Part shown: piece after piece, positions 34,701-43,862 of the stretch | Position numbering within the stretch: the first letter of the stretch is position 1 | Layout: every line of letters starts with the position of its first letter | From: an uncultured Oscillospiraceae bacterium | GTDB lineage: Bacteria; Bacillota; Clostridia; Acetivibrionales; DTU013 | NCBI GenBank assembly: GCA_964587755.1 | Contig: CAZPMC010000005.1 | Span: 2,486-66,485, forward strand | DNA length: 64,000 nucleotides | Reading direction: 5' to 3' | Made by a program: the position numbers and the translations under genes | Notes under the pieces: generated by a model | Database searches by the model: none | The model's input: the letters and a program-made list of their open reading frames with translations, nothing else | What the model was told of the DNA's origin: nothing

Positions 34701-37052
34701 ATGAGGTACGGGTATTTTGATGATGCAGCCCGCGAGTATGTAATTACACGACCTGATACACCGACACCTTGGATTAATTATATAGGCAGCGGGAATTACG
34801 GAGGCATTGTATCAAATACTGGGGGTGGCTATAGCTTTTATAAGGATCCCCGAAACAAACGAATCACAAGATACAGGTACAACAGTTTACCTATGGATAG
34901 ACCGGGCAGGTATATCTACATTAGAAACACATCCACAGGCGAGTATTGGAATCCCGGCGTGGCACCGACAGGAGTGAAGCTCGACAGCTATTGTGCAAGA
35001 CACGGGATGGGCTATACAGTTTTGGAGGGTGAGTATAAGGGAGTAGCCGCAACACTGACATATTTTGTTCCAGATGACATGGATTTTGAGATATGGCTAT
35101 TAAAAGTTACCAATAAACGGGGTGCTGTACAAAACCTTCAGATATTCAGCTATGCGGAGTTTTGCTTTTGGGATGCAGTTAAGGATCAGCAAAATGTGGA
35201 TTGGGTGCAGCAAATAAACCAAGGGCGTTATAATGACGGGATTATAACATGGCATCCCCATGGCAGTAAGGACACGTCTTTTTTTGCCACAGGAGAGAGT
35301 GTAAAAAGCTTTGACACGAATTTAGAAGCATTTATCGGCAGATACCGCTCAGAGGCAAACCCTGTTGCTGTAGAACAGGGAGCTTGTTCTAATTCTATCT
35401 CCTACAGGACAAATGGAGTGGGCTCATTCTGTAATGAAATAGAACTTGCTCCAGGAGAAGAGAAGGAGATTGTATTCATACTCGGCTATTCTGAAGATAA
35501 GGATAAAGTCAGAGGTAAGATAGAAGGCTACCTCAAGCCGGCTCAGGCACATGCTGCACTGGAGAGGCTTAATCAAAAATGGGGAGATTTTATAAGCAGG
35601 CTACGGGTAGAAACTCCGGATGCAGATATGAACCGCTTTATAAATATCTGGAACCAATACCAATGCAATACTACGTTTAACTGGTCCAGGTTTGTGTCCC
35701 TTTACCAGCTCGGGCTGGGCAGGGGAATGGGAATCAGGGACAGTGCTCAGGATGTTCTTGGAGTCATGCATACTATTCCCGAAAGAGCAAAAGAAACAAT
35801 AATCAAGCTGCTTCGGTGCCAATATCCGGACGGCAGAGCGTACCACTTATTTTTCCCCCTTACAGGTGAGGGCGGTGAGGGAGATGCGCCCATAAAGAAA
35901 TTTGACTGGTATTCCGATGACCACCTATGGCTTATACTGGCTGTAAATGCGTATCTTAAAGAAACAGGCGATTTTGAATATTTGGATCTAGAGGTCGCCT
36001 TCAACGACAATAAAACTAAAGCTACTGTTTGGGAACACCTTGACAGGGCATTGGAGTTTACAAGCAGGCATTTAGGGCCTCATTCCATTGCTCTGGCAGG
36101 CCGTGCCGATTGGAATGATACATTAAACCTTGATACCGGAAAAGGTGTGGCTGAGAGTGTGTTTACCTCCATGCTGTACTGCAGGGCGGCATTGGAAATG
36201 GCCGGGCTTTCCGAATATCTTGGAGATATAAAACGCAACAAAAAATATTTACTTATGCATGAGAGGATGAAAACGGCGATAAATGAGAGCTGCTGGGATG
36301 GAGAATGGTATAAGAGGGCTTTTGATGATGACGGGAAGCCCCTCGGCTCGAAGGAAAATGACTTTGGAAAGATATTCATTAATTCCCAATCCTGGGCGGT
36401 GCTCGGAGGCGTTGCCGGAAGCGAGCGGGCTAAAAGTTGTCTTGAGGCTGTGTATACCTACCTTAATACAAAATACGGTATTGTGTCCATGTATCCTGCT
36501 TATCGGGAATTAGATGAGACAAAGGGTGGTATAACAACTTATCCGCCGGGAGCAAAGGAAAACGGCGGCATATTCCTTCATACCAATCCTTGGGTTATGA
36601 TTGCCGAGGTAATATGCGGCAACGGCAACAGAGCGTTTGATTACTACAAGCAGATTCTGCCCTCCAAGCGTAACGATGAAGCTGACAAGCTGGAAGTAGA
36701 GCCCTATGTTTACCCTCAAAACATCCTCGGGAAAGAGCATCCTCAATTTGGAATTGGCAGGAACTCATGGCTAAGTGGTACCGCATCGTGGAGCATGGTG
36801 GCAGCAGCCCAGTATATATTAGGCATTAGACCAGACTATGACGGTATTGTTATTGACCCGTGTATTCCGGCCTGTTGGAGTGGGTTTAAAGCTAAAAGGA
36901 TATTCAGAGGGGCAACCTACAATATAGAAGTCAAAAATCCCGATAATGTCAATTCAGGAGTTAAGCGTATTATTCTTGACGGAGAGGAAGTAAACAAAAT
37001 TGGAGTTCAACCTGAAAATTCTTCTGTAAATGTTGTTGTTGAATTGGGCTGA
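34701..37052 (+). CDS. GH94 glycoside phosphorylase (cellobiose/chitobiose/cellobionate phosphorylase family)
   Basis: N-terminus MRYGYFDDAAREYVITRPDTPTPWINYIG. The catalytic-region motif GRADWNDTLN. Length 783 aa. The substrate cannot be assigned by eye. Confidence 0.8.
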   Translation: MRYGYFDDAAREYVITRPDTPTPWINYIGSGNYGGIVSNTGGGYSFYKDPRNKRITRYRYNSLPMDRPGRYIYIRNTSTGEYWNPGVAPTGVKLDSYCARHGMGYTVLEGEYKGVAATLTYFVPDDMDFEIWLLKVTNKRGAVQNLQIFSYAEFCFWDAVKDQQNVDWVQQINQGRYNDGIITWHPHGSKDTSFFATGESVKSFDTNLEAFIGRYRSEANPVAVEQGACSNSISYRTNGVGSFCNEIELAPGEEKEIVFILGYSEDKDKVRGKIEGYLKPAQAHAALERLNQKWGDFISRLRVETPDADMNRFINIWNQYQCNTTFNWSRFVSLYQLGLGRGMGIRDSAQDVLGVMHTIPERAKETIIKLLRCQYPDGRAYHLFFPLTGEGGEGDAPIKKFDWYSDDHLWLILAVNAYLKETGDFEYLDLEVAFNDNKTKATVWEHLDRALEFTSRHLGPHSIALAGRADWNDTLNLDTGKGVAESVFTSMLYCRAALEMAGLSEYLGDIKRNKKYLLMHERMKTAINESCWDGEWYKRAFDDDGKPLGSKENDFGKIFINSQSWAVLGGVAGSERAKSCLEAVYTYLNTKYGIVSMYPAYRELDETKGGITTYPPGAKENGGIFLHTNPWVMIAEVICGNGNRAFDYYKQILPSKRNDEADKLEVEPYVYPQNILGKEHPQFGIGRNSWLSGTASWSMVAAAQYILGIRPDYDGIVIDPCIPACWSGFKAKRIFRGATYNIEVKNPDNVNSGVKRIILDGEEVNKIGVQPENSSVNVVVELG

Positions 37053-37228
37053 TTATGAAAAATGTACAAATTTCAGCCTAAAAAGGCTCAAAAATTTGTT
37101 GAAACAGCTTGATAAGTTAGGAACCGTGTAATATAATGTAAACGTTGAACAAATGAAGGGAAGCTCTTTGTCAACAAATTTGCAGTAGACATTAAACTAC
37201 TAATCTTTCTAAAGCGAGGGGTCAATAA

Positions 37229-37513
37229 ATGTTTGAGGACAAGACATTGGTATGTAAGGATTGTGGTCGGGAATTTGATTTTACTTCAGGTGAGCAAGAG
37301 TTTTACGCATCGAGAGGTTTCCAGAATGAACCCGGAAGATGTAAAGAATGCAGAGCAGCAAGGAAATCCCAGTTTGGCAGAGACGGCTCTGCAAGAAGAG
37401 AAAGAGAGATGTACAGTGCTGTTTGTGCAGAGTGTGGCAAAGAGGCACAGGTTCCTTTTAAACCCCGTTTAGAGAAACCGGTATATTGCAGTGAATGCTA
37501 TGCTAATCGCTAG
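37229..37513 (+). CDS. CxxC-x17-CxxC zinc-ribbon protein
   Basis: Two CxxC...CxxC units (CKDCGREF...CKECRA; CAECGKEA...CSECYA). A near-consensus promoter, TTGATA-17-TATAAT, lies ~100 nt upstream. Confidence 0.75.
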   Translation: MFEDKTLVCKDCGREFDFTSGEQEFYASRGFQNEPGRCKECRAARKSQFGRDGSARREREMYSAVCAECGKEAQVPFKPRLEKPVYCSECYANR

Positions 37514-37551
37514 ATCATTTCCAAGCTGATTTAAACCTTATAGGCAGATAA

Positions 37552-37578
37552 AGCCCTGTGTATAACTTATACAGGGCT
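37552..37578 (+). terminator. Rho-independent terminator
   Basis: AGCCCTGT (37552-37559) pairs with ACAGGGCT (37571-37578), followed by a T-rich tract. Confidence 0.6.
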
Positions 37579-37647
37579 ATATGTGTTTGTGTATCTAACC
37601 TAGGGCCGCAAGGATTTCACGGCATCTGGAATTCTAATTCAAAAAAA

Positions 37648-37722
37648 TATTCCACAGTGGAGCAGCCGCTGTTTATGGTTATTCACAGCTTTATCCACAA
37701 AATCCACAAGCATTTACCCACA
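37648..37722 (+). promoter_or_regulatory. Cluster of five same-orientation DnaA-box-like 9-mers
   Basis: Compared with TTATCCACA: TATTCCACA 37648-56 (7/9), TTATTCACA 37679-87 (8/9), TTATCCACA 37691-99 (9/9), AAATCCACA 37700-08 (7/9), TTACCCACA 37714-22 (8/9). Confidence 0.6.
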
Positions 37723-37912
37723 AAACATGTGTTTTGTGGTGGTGAAAACTTTTTTATTTGAGGAAGGGATTTAACAATTTAATATTGAATTAAAAAGCAT
37801 ATTTATCGAATAAATATGGTTATGGAACAACCCATAAGGGTAATAATTTAATATCAGAAGTCCTTATTCTGTGTAGTACACTTCCAATACAAGTAAGAAA
37901 GGGGCAATGACT

Positions 37913-38443
37913 ATGAAATTCATAATTAGCGGAAAAGGTTTCGATGTGTCGGAAGCTTTAAGGGACAGGGTTATCAAAAAGCTGGGCAAGCTTGATAAGT
38001 TCTTTAACGCAGACACCGAAGCCCATGTTACTATGAGCGTGCAAAAGAGCAGGCACATATTGGAAGTAACAATACCATATAACGGTATAACATTCAGGGC
38101 AGAAGTGGCATGTGATGACATGTATTCATCAATTGACAAAGCAGAGGAAATACTTGAAAGGCAGATAAGAAAGAACAGGACACGTTTGGAGAAAAGACTG
38201 CGGACAGGGGCTTTCAAGCCTGAGAACTTCAGAAAGGATATTGCTATTGAAGAGGAAGAGGAGTTTGAAGTAGTCCGGACAAAAAGGTTTGCAATTAAGC
38301 CAATGCCTGTGGAAGAGGCCATTTTGCAAATGAATCTGCTCGGACACGCGTTTTTTGTCTTCTCAAATGCCGAGACAAATGATATAAATGTGGTATACAG
38401 ACGTAAGGACGGAGATTACGGCTTAATTGAGCCTGATTATTAA
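37913..38443 (+). CDS. hpf: Ribosome hibernation promoting factor, long form
   Basis: MKFIISGKGFDVSEALRDRV...EAHVTMSV...HILEVTIP, plus the C-terminal dimerisation domain (FAIKPMPVEEAILQMNLLGHAFFVF...VVYRRKDGDYGLIEP). Start at 37913 (AAAGGGG 8 nt upstream); the ATG at 37907 is also possible. Confidence 0.92.
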   Translation: MKFIISGKGFDVSEALRDRVIKKLGKLDKFFNADTEAHVTMSVQKSRHILEVTIPYNGITFRAEVACDDMYSSIDKAEEILERQIRKNRTRLEKRLRTGAFKPENFRKDIAIEEEEEFEVVRTKRFAIKPMPVEEAILQMNLLGHAFFVFSNAETNDINVVYRRKDGDYGLIEPDY

Positions 38444-38478
38444 TAACGGACAGTAAAGATTAATATTAAGTAATACTG

Positions 38479-38508
38479 GCAGCAGCGGCATAATATTGCC
38501 GCTGTTGC
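38479..38508 (+). terminator. Rho-independent terminator of hpf
   Basis: GCAGCAGCGGCA pairs with TGCCGCTGTTGC (one G:U pair, valid only on the + strand), followed by TTGCTT. Confidence 0.65.
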
Positions 38509-38570
38509 TTGCTTAAGTGTATTTTATTGTGTTAAGCTAGTTTATATATTTGTTACATTGGAGGAAAGTA

Positions 38571-39485
38571 ATGGACTGCAAAAATACTCGGACAATATCT
38601 GCCTTCTTGTTAATTATTTTGATTGTTTTCATACTCACAGGCTGCGGACATAACGCAGGAAACGGTACGGGGAATGACGGGCAGTTTACCATAGTGACCT
38701 CCTTTTACCCTGTTTATATTGCCACAATAAACGTGGCAAGGAACATATCCGGCGTTGATGTTATAAATATGACGAGACCTCAGACAGGCTGTCTGCATGA
38801 CTATTCCCTTAAGCCTGAGGATTTGAAAACACTTGAGAAAGCTGATGTATTTGTCATTAACGGCGCCGGTATGGAGTCATTTCTAGATGACGTTATCAAG
38901 CAGTACAAAGATCTTATAGTTATTGAAGCAAGCAGGGGAATTCAATTGCTGGAAGACGAAAACGGAGAGGCAAATCCTCATGTATGGATAAGCATAGAGA
39001 ATTCCATTGCTTATGTAAATAATATTGCAGCAGGGCTTTCCGGAATAGATATAGAAAATAGTGATAAATATACGGAAAATGCAGCTGAGTATGTAAAAAA
39101 GCTTACAGCCTTGAGAAAAGAAATGCATGATGCACTTGACGGCTTGAAAAACAGGGACATTGTTACATTCCATGAGGCATTTCCATACTTTGCCCATGAA
39201 TTTGACTTAACCATTGCAGCAGTAATAAACCGGGAGCCAGGCACAGAGCCAGCGCCAAAAGAGCTGGCAGAGATAATTGAGACGGTTTCAGGTCTGGGAG
39301 TCAAAGCACTCTTTGCAGAGCCGCAGTACTCCTCAAAGTCAGCTGATGCTATAGCCAGAGAAACAGGTGCAAAGGTCTACACATTAGACCCGGTAGTTAC
39401 AGGTGAGGCTGATGCTGATGCATATGATGCTTATATTGAGGCTATGAAGAGAAATAAAGAGGTACTACTGGAAGCCTTGAGGTGA
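38571..39485 (+). CDS. Metal (zinc-type) ABC transporter substrate-binding lipoprotein, ZnuA/TroA family
   Basis: Lipobox ILTGC|GH. NPHVWISI and FHEAFPYFAHEF motifs. Start at 38571 after GGAGGAAAG. Confidence 0.8.
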   Translation: MDCKNTRTISAFLLIILIVFILTGCGHNAGNGTGNDGQFTIVTSFYPVYIATINVARNISGVDVINMTRPQTGCLHDYSLKPEDLKTLEKADVFVINGAGMESFLDDVIKQYKDLIVIEASRGIQLLEDENGEANPHVWISIENSIAYVNNIAAGLSGIDIENSDKYTENAAEYVKKLTALRKEMHDALDGLKNRDIVTFHEAFPYFAHEFDLTIAAVINREPGTEPAPKELAEIIETVSGLGVKALFAEPQYSSKSADAIARETGAKVYTLDPVVTGEADADAYDAYIEAMKRNKEVLLEALR

Positions 39486-39488
39486 CAT

Positions 39489-40286
39489 ATGGAGAATATA
39501 AAGCATAAAAAATGTGTTAATAATTGCTGTGGCCTTTGCTGCACTAAAATCGAGAATTTCGGTGTTTCTATCGGGCAGGTGCCAATTCTGGAAAATGTAA
39601 ATATTCACATACATTGTGGCGAGCTTACTGCCATCATAGGCCCCAATGGTGCTGGAAAAACTACACTTCTGAGAGCTTTGCTGGGGGAGTTGGCACACAC
39701 AGGGGAATTGAAATATCTTGATGCCTCAGGAAGAAAAACAAACACCCCCCTTATCGGTTATGTACCCCAGCAGATAAGCTTTGATCCCGACACTCCCACA
39801 AGTGTTTTCGACCTATTTATAGCTTGCGGATCAAAAAAGCCTGCCTGGCTGTTCAAGCCGGCTAATGTAAGAAAAAGGGCTGTTGAAGGTCTGGCGAAGG
39901 TTAAGGCCGATCATCTTATAGACCGGCGCCTTGGAGCCCTGTCAGGCGGAGAGCTTCAGAGAGTTTTGCTGGCACTTGCTCTTGACCCGGTGCCCAATCT
40001 GTTACTTCTTGACGAACCAGCTTCCGGTATTGATCAAGGGGGACTGGAGATGTTCTACAACACGGTTTCTGAGCTAAGAAAAAACTTTGATTTGTCAATT
40101 ATTTTAATATCCCATGATTTAGAGCTGGTTGCAAAATACGCAGACCGGGTAATAATGCTAAACAAGACTGTTATAAGCAGTGGGACTCCAAACCAGGTAT
40201 TCAGTGATGAGCGCGTAATGAGAGCATTTGGCATTTCCGGCTTCTTCTCTGGTTCTGATATGAAGGATAATAAAGAGGAGGAATAA
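39489..40286 (+). CDS. Metal ABC transporter ATP-binding protein (ZnuC-like)
   Basis: Walker A GPNGAGKTT, signature LSGGELQR, Walker B LLLLDEP. Confidence 0.85.
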   Translation: MENIKHKKCVNNCCGLCCTKIENFGVSIGQVPILENVNIHIHCGELTAIIGPNGAGKTTLLRALLGELAHTGELKYLDASGRKTNTPLIGYVPQQISFDPDTPTSVFDLFIACGSKKPAWLFKPANVRKRAVEGLAKVKADHLIDRRLGALSGGELQRVLLALALDPVPNLLLLDEPASGIDQGGLEMFYNTVSELRKNFDLSIILISHDLELVAKYADRVIMLNKTVISSGTPNQVFSDERVMRAFGISGFFSGSDMKDNKEEE

Positions 40287-40290
40287 AGTA

Positions 40291-41133
40291 ATGGAGCTTT
40301 GGTATCACATAGTAGATTTTCTGCTTCCATTTCAATGGGCAAGTCATGTTTTCATGAAGAATGCACTGCTTGCTGTCCTTCTTCTAACACCTTTGTTTGG
40401 CCTTCTTGGAACTATGGTAGTCAGTAATAAGATGGCATTTTTCTCTGATTCCATAGGGCACGGCGCTTTTACAGGAGTTGCTTTAGGTGCATTGCTAGCC
40501 GGAATAAGGCCGATTTGGGGAGCAATTATTTTTTCGATTATCTTTGCAATAGTTATTACGCTAATAAAAAACAAAACAGGCTCTTCCACAGATACTATAA
40601 TAGGTGTTTTTTCATCCACTGCGGTTGCAATAGGCTTGGTGCTTATGTCTGCAAGCGGCAGTTTCAGCCGATACTCCTCCTATTTGGTGGGAGACCTGCT
40701 GAGCATCTCCCCCTTCGAGATAATGCTTCTTGTCATAGCTTTTATTGCAGTGATTATTATGTGGTTTCTGATATTCAACAAAGTCCTAATTGTAAGTATT
40801 AATCAATCCTTGGCAGCAAGTCGCGGGGTTAATACACTTTTAGTGGAAATGATTTTTACGGTAGCTATTGCTGTAGTGGTGACTATATCAATTCAATGGG
40901 TGGGACTGCTTATTATCAATTCCCTGCTCGTGCTTCCGGCGGCAGCCTCGCGAAATGTTACCCGCAATGCAAGGCAATATCATGCTGTATCTGTAGGCAT
41001 TTCTATTTTCTCGGGAGTTTTTGGGTTGATTATGTCGTATTATTTGAATACTGCAACAGGTGCTACAATAGTTATTGTTGCAGCCTCTGTTTTCTTCACT
41101 CTCTTTTTCCTAAGGAAAAGGTTCGCAAGGTAA
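40291..41133 (+). CDS. Metal ABC transporter permease (ZnuB-like)
   Basis: Eight or nine TM helices, ABC-3 family pattern (FFSDSIGHGAFTGVALG). Confidence 0.8.
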   Translation: MELWYHIVDFLLPFQWASHVFMKNALLAVLLLTPLFGLLGTMVVSNKMAFFSDSIGHGAFTGVALGALLAGIRPIWGAIIFSIIFAIVITLIKNKTGSSTDTIIGVFSSTAVAIGLVLMSASGSFSRYSSYLVGDLLSISPFEIMLLVIAFIAVIIMWFLIFNKVLIVSINQSLAASRGVNTLLVEMIFTVAIAVVVTISIQWVGLLIINSLLVLPAAASRNVTRNARQYHAVSVGISIFSGVFGLIMSYYLNTATGATIVIVAASVFFTLFFLRKRFAR

Positions 41134-41226
41134 ATCAGATAATAATTGTCACAGGTTCTGTTGCCAGGATTATGGTTAACATTGGACATGGGTGCTGAAT
41201 AAAATGAAACAGAGGTGACACTTATT

Positions 41227-41910
41227 ATGGCAAATGTTTATGTATATAATAATCAAACTGACAGTATGGAGTACTACACCTTAGCTGAGACCGATGCAAT
41301 GCCTTATAATATCGGCAGGACTCTTACTGTCGGAGAGTTCCGCGGCAGTTCCCGGGCAGGAACCCTTTGGACATCCAGGCGGGCCATGGAAGCTTTCAAT
41401 ATTACAAGAAACCTCTGGGGCAGGCCAATATATGTGGGCTATGCCTTTAAGCGCATTTGGGAGGGCGGGCACGCCGCTATGTCTCAGCATTATGCGGGGG
41501 TTTCTTTTGATGTAGGGCAAAATCTTGATAACTTCACCAGGGATCAGCTTCGCAATACAGCAATACAGTCGGGCGTATGGACATATGTTGAGCCCGCATA
41601 TCTGACACCTACATGGGTGCATTTTGATGCCCGGCAAACACCCCCGGCGTGTGCAGCAGGCGGATATCCACTAGTCAGGACAGGAAGCGCCGGAGTATAT
41701 GTGCTTACGCTTCAGGACGCCTTAAATGCACTTGGTTACACAGGCTCAGGCTTAGATGGATATTTTGGAAGCGGAACCCGCAATGCAGTAATAAGATATC
41801 AACAAGACAACGGCCTTGATGCTGATGGTATAGTCGGTTGTTTAACTTGGGAAGCCCTTACGGAAGCTGCCGTGAGTATAGGGCGTACGCCCACAGTAGT
41901 TAATCCGTAG
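41227..41910 (+). CDS. Peptidase M15 (LAS-fold D,D/L,D-peptidase)-like protein with a C-terminal PG_binding_1 domain; no signal peptide
   Basis: SQHYAGVSFDV (SxHxxGxAxD) and WVHFDAR zinc-ligand motifs. C-terminal LQDALNALGY...DGYFGSGTRNAVIRYQQDNGLDADGIVG. Start at 41227 (AGAGGTGA upstream). Confidence 0.65.
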   Translation: MANVYVYNNQTDSMEYYTLAETDAMPYNIGRTLTVGEFRGSSRAGTLWTSRRAMEAFNITRNLWGRPIYVGYAFKRIWEGGHAAMSQHYAGVSFDVGQNLDNFTRDQLRNTAIQSGVWTYVEPAYLTPTWVHFDARQTPPACAAGGYPLVRTGSAGVYVLTLQDALNALGYTGSGLDGYFGSGTRNAVIRYQQDNGLDADGIVGCLTWEALTEAAVSIGRTPTVVNP

Positions 41911-41919
41911 CAAGTTTAA

Positions 41920-42432
41920 CTAAGGCTTATTAACAATAGAGGTTGGTGCATATTTAGGGGATTTGCCTTTGATAACTCTATGGTAGTAATCATAAGTAAG
42001 AGGCTCATCCTCTGAGGTTATTTTTCCGCTTAAAGCCTCGGCAAGGAATATTGTATGTGTACCCGCGTCCATGGTTTCAATTACTTTTCCCTCAAAGGTG
42101 GCAACAGAATTATTCGGCAGCAACGGGACCCCTGTAATACCGGGTTCATATATGAGACCTTTAAACTTATCAATATCACGGCCTGATCTAAACCCGAATT
42201 TAGCTATAAAATTGAACTCTGTGTCCTTCCTTAAGGCGTTAATACCAAAAAGGCCGGTTTTTTGAATTATTTCGTGAGTAAGGCTCTCTTTATTTATTCC
42301 AATCATGAGCTGCACCGGCTCTGCCGTGACCTGACAGACTGTTGTTGCAGTCATTCCGTTAAGCTTATCTTTGAATTTGGCTGTAATAATATACAGCCCA
42401 TAGGTGATTTTGAAAAATGAATTAAGATCCAT
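41920..42432 (-). CDS. Flavin reductase-like (FMN-binding split-barrel) protein
   Basis: YGLYIITAK...GMTATTVCQVTAEP...GINALRKD pattern. Start at 42432 after AAGGAGA. Confidence 0.7.
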   Translation of the reverse strand: MDLNSFFKITYGLYIITAKFKDKLNGMTATTVCQVTAEPVQLMIGINKESLTHEIIQKTGLFGINALRKDTEFNFIAKFGFRSGRDIDKFKGLIYEPGITGVPLLPNNSVATFEGKVIETMDAGTHTIFLAEALSGKITSEDEPLTYDYYHRVIKGKSPKYAPTSIVNKP

Positions 42433-42592
42433 TTGTATCCATCTCCTTTTTGTTGTGTAATAGTATAATACCCACATTTTAGTATTGTAAAATAATTAAT
42501 AATCTTTTCCGGTGTCTGATATAAGCTTGACCTAAGGTCAATGAATGTGTAATTATTATATAAAACTAATATAAACAATTATTTAAGGAGCT

Positions 42593-43786
42593 ATGATGAT
42601 TAGAAAAGTACCAAAAAGTGAGCTGGAGAAAAGACTAAAGCAATTTAGAAAAAGGCTGGATGAAAAAGAACCTCGATGGGAGCTTGCCCTGATAATCAGT
42701 AAGATTAACCAGTATTATTTTACAGGTACTATGCAGGAGGGCTTGCTTTTTATATACAGGGAAAAGGAGCCTGTGTTATTTGTACGCCGGAGTTACCAGC
42801 GGGCGGTAGACGAATCACTGTTTGAAAACATTAAGCCTATGAATACTTACCGTGATGCTGCGGCATCTGTTGGAAAGCTTCCGGAAACTGTATATTTAGA
42901 GACTGAACTGGTTCCGTTGGCTATGTATGAGAGACTGAAAAAATACTTCGGGTTTAATTCTTTTAAATCCCTGGATTCTTATATAATGGATATCAGGGCG
43001 GTTAAAAGCCCCTACGAACTGGACTTGATGAAAAAAGCCGGTGAGATTCACGCAAAGGTAACAGAAGAAAGGGTCCCTCCATTGCTAAGAGAAGGCATGT
43101 CAGAAGGGGAGCTTATGACAGAGATGTTTAAAGTACTGCAACAGGAAGGCCATCATGGTGTGGTCCGGTTTAACATGTTTGATTCAGAAATTCTTATGGG
43201 ACACATTGCATTTGGCGTCAGCTCTATTTATCCCACATATTTTAACGGCCCGGGCGGAAATTACGGGCTAAGCCCTGCTTCACCCTTTATGGGGAGTAGT
43301 CAGACGAAACTAAAAAAGGGTGATTTGGTGTTTATCGATACCGGCTGCTGCTTTGAGGGGTACAATTCTGACAAGACGTTTACTTATGTATTCGGCGGAG
43401 AGCTACCAAAGCATGCACAACTACAGCATCAAAAATGTGTAGATATTCAAAATAGAATAGCCGAGATGCTAAGGCCAGGTGTGAAGCCCTCACATATTTA
43501 CAACACCATAATGGAAAGCCTCGATGAGGAATTCCTTAAAAATTTTATGGGATACGATAAGAGAACTGTTAAGTTTTTAGGACACGGTATAGGACTTCAT
43601 GTCAATGAGCTGCCGGTCCTGGCTAAGGGATTCGATGACCCGATACAAGAGGGAATGGTATTTGCTGTTGAGCCTAAGGTTGGCATTAAGGGTGTCGGAA
43701 TGGTAGGTATCGAAAATACTTTTGTCGTAACATCCGAGGGCGGTGTATGCATAACAGGAAATCATCCCGGCTTAATGAAGGTATAG
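42593..43786 (+). CDS. M24 family Xaa-Pro aminopeptidase / creatinase-fold peptidase
   Basis: Pita-bread fold motifs ([36 protein letters not shown]). Confidence 0.8.
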   Translation: MMIRKVPKSELEKRLKQFRKRLDEKEPRWELALIISKINQYYFTGTMQEGLLFIYREKEPVLFVRRSYQRAVDESLFENIKPMNTYRDAAASVGKLPETVYLETELVPLAMYERLKKYFGFNSFKSLDSYIMDIRAVKSPYELDLMKKAGEIHAKVTEERVPPLLREGMSEGELMTEMFKVLQQEGHHGVVRFNMFDSEILMGHIAFGVSSIYPTYFNGPGGNYGLSPASPFMGSSQTKLKKGDLVFIDTGCCFEGYNSDKTFTYVFGGELPKHAQLQHQKCVDIQNRIAEMLRPGVKPSHIYNTIMESLDEEFLKNFMGYDKRTVKFLGHGIGLHVNELPVLAKGFDDPIQEGMVFAVEPKVGIKGVGMVGIENTFVVTSEGGVCITGNHPGLMKV

Positions 43787-43862
43787 GAAAAGATGAAAAA
43801 TAATGAATAATCCTGTCTCTTTCGCAAAAGACTAAACATAAACGAAAGAGAGGGTGGTAATA

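Noticed and set aside
37558-37761. A 67-aa + strand ORF spanning the DnaA-box cluster.
   Set aside because: It starts inside a terminator hairpin, has no RBS and has odd composition. The region is better explained as regulatory DNA.
37648-37906. The DnaA-box cluster plus AT-rich DNA interpreted as the chromosomal origin, oriC.
   Set aside because: No dnaA, dnaN, rpmH, rnpA or gidA-type origin-proximal genes are in the window. Gene orientation does not switch coherently here, and I saw no DnaA-trio-like element. I keep it only as a non-origin DnaA-box cluster. A GC-skew analysis of the whole genome would settle this.
38444-38570. A Zur box upstream of the zinc ABC transporter.
   Set aside because: I recognised no palindrome resembling the Firmicute Zur consensus (AAATCGTAAT-N-ATTACGATTT-like) in the 127-nt spacer. 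Regulation may come from elsewhere, or the site is too divergent to call by eye.
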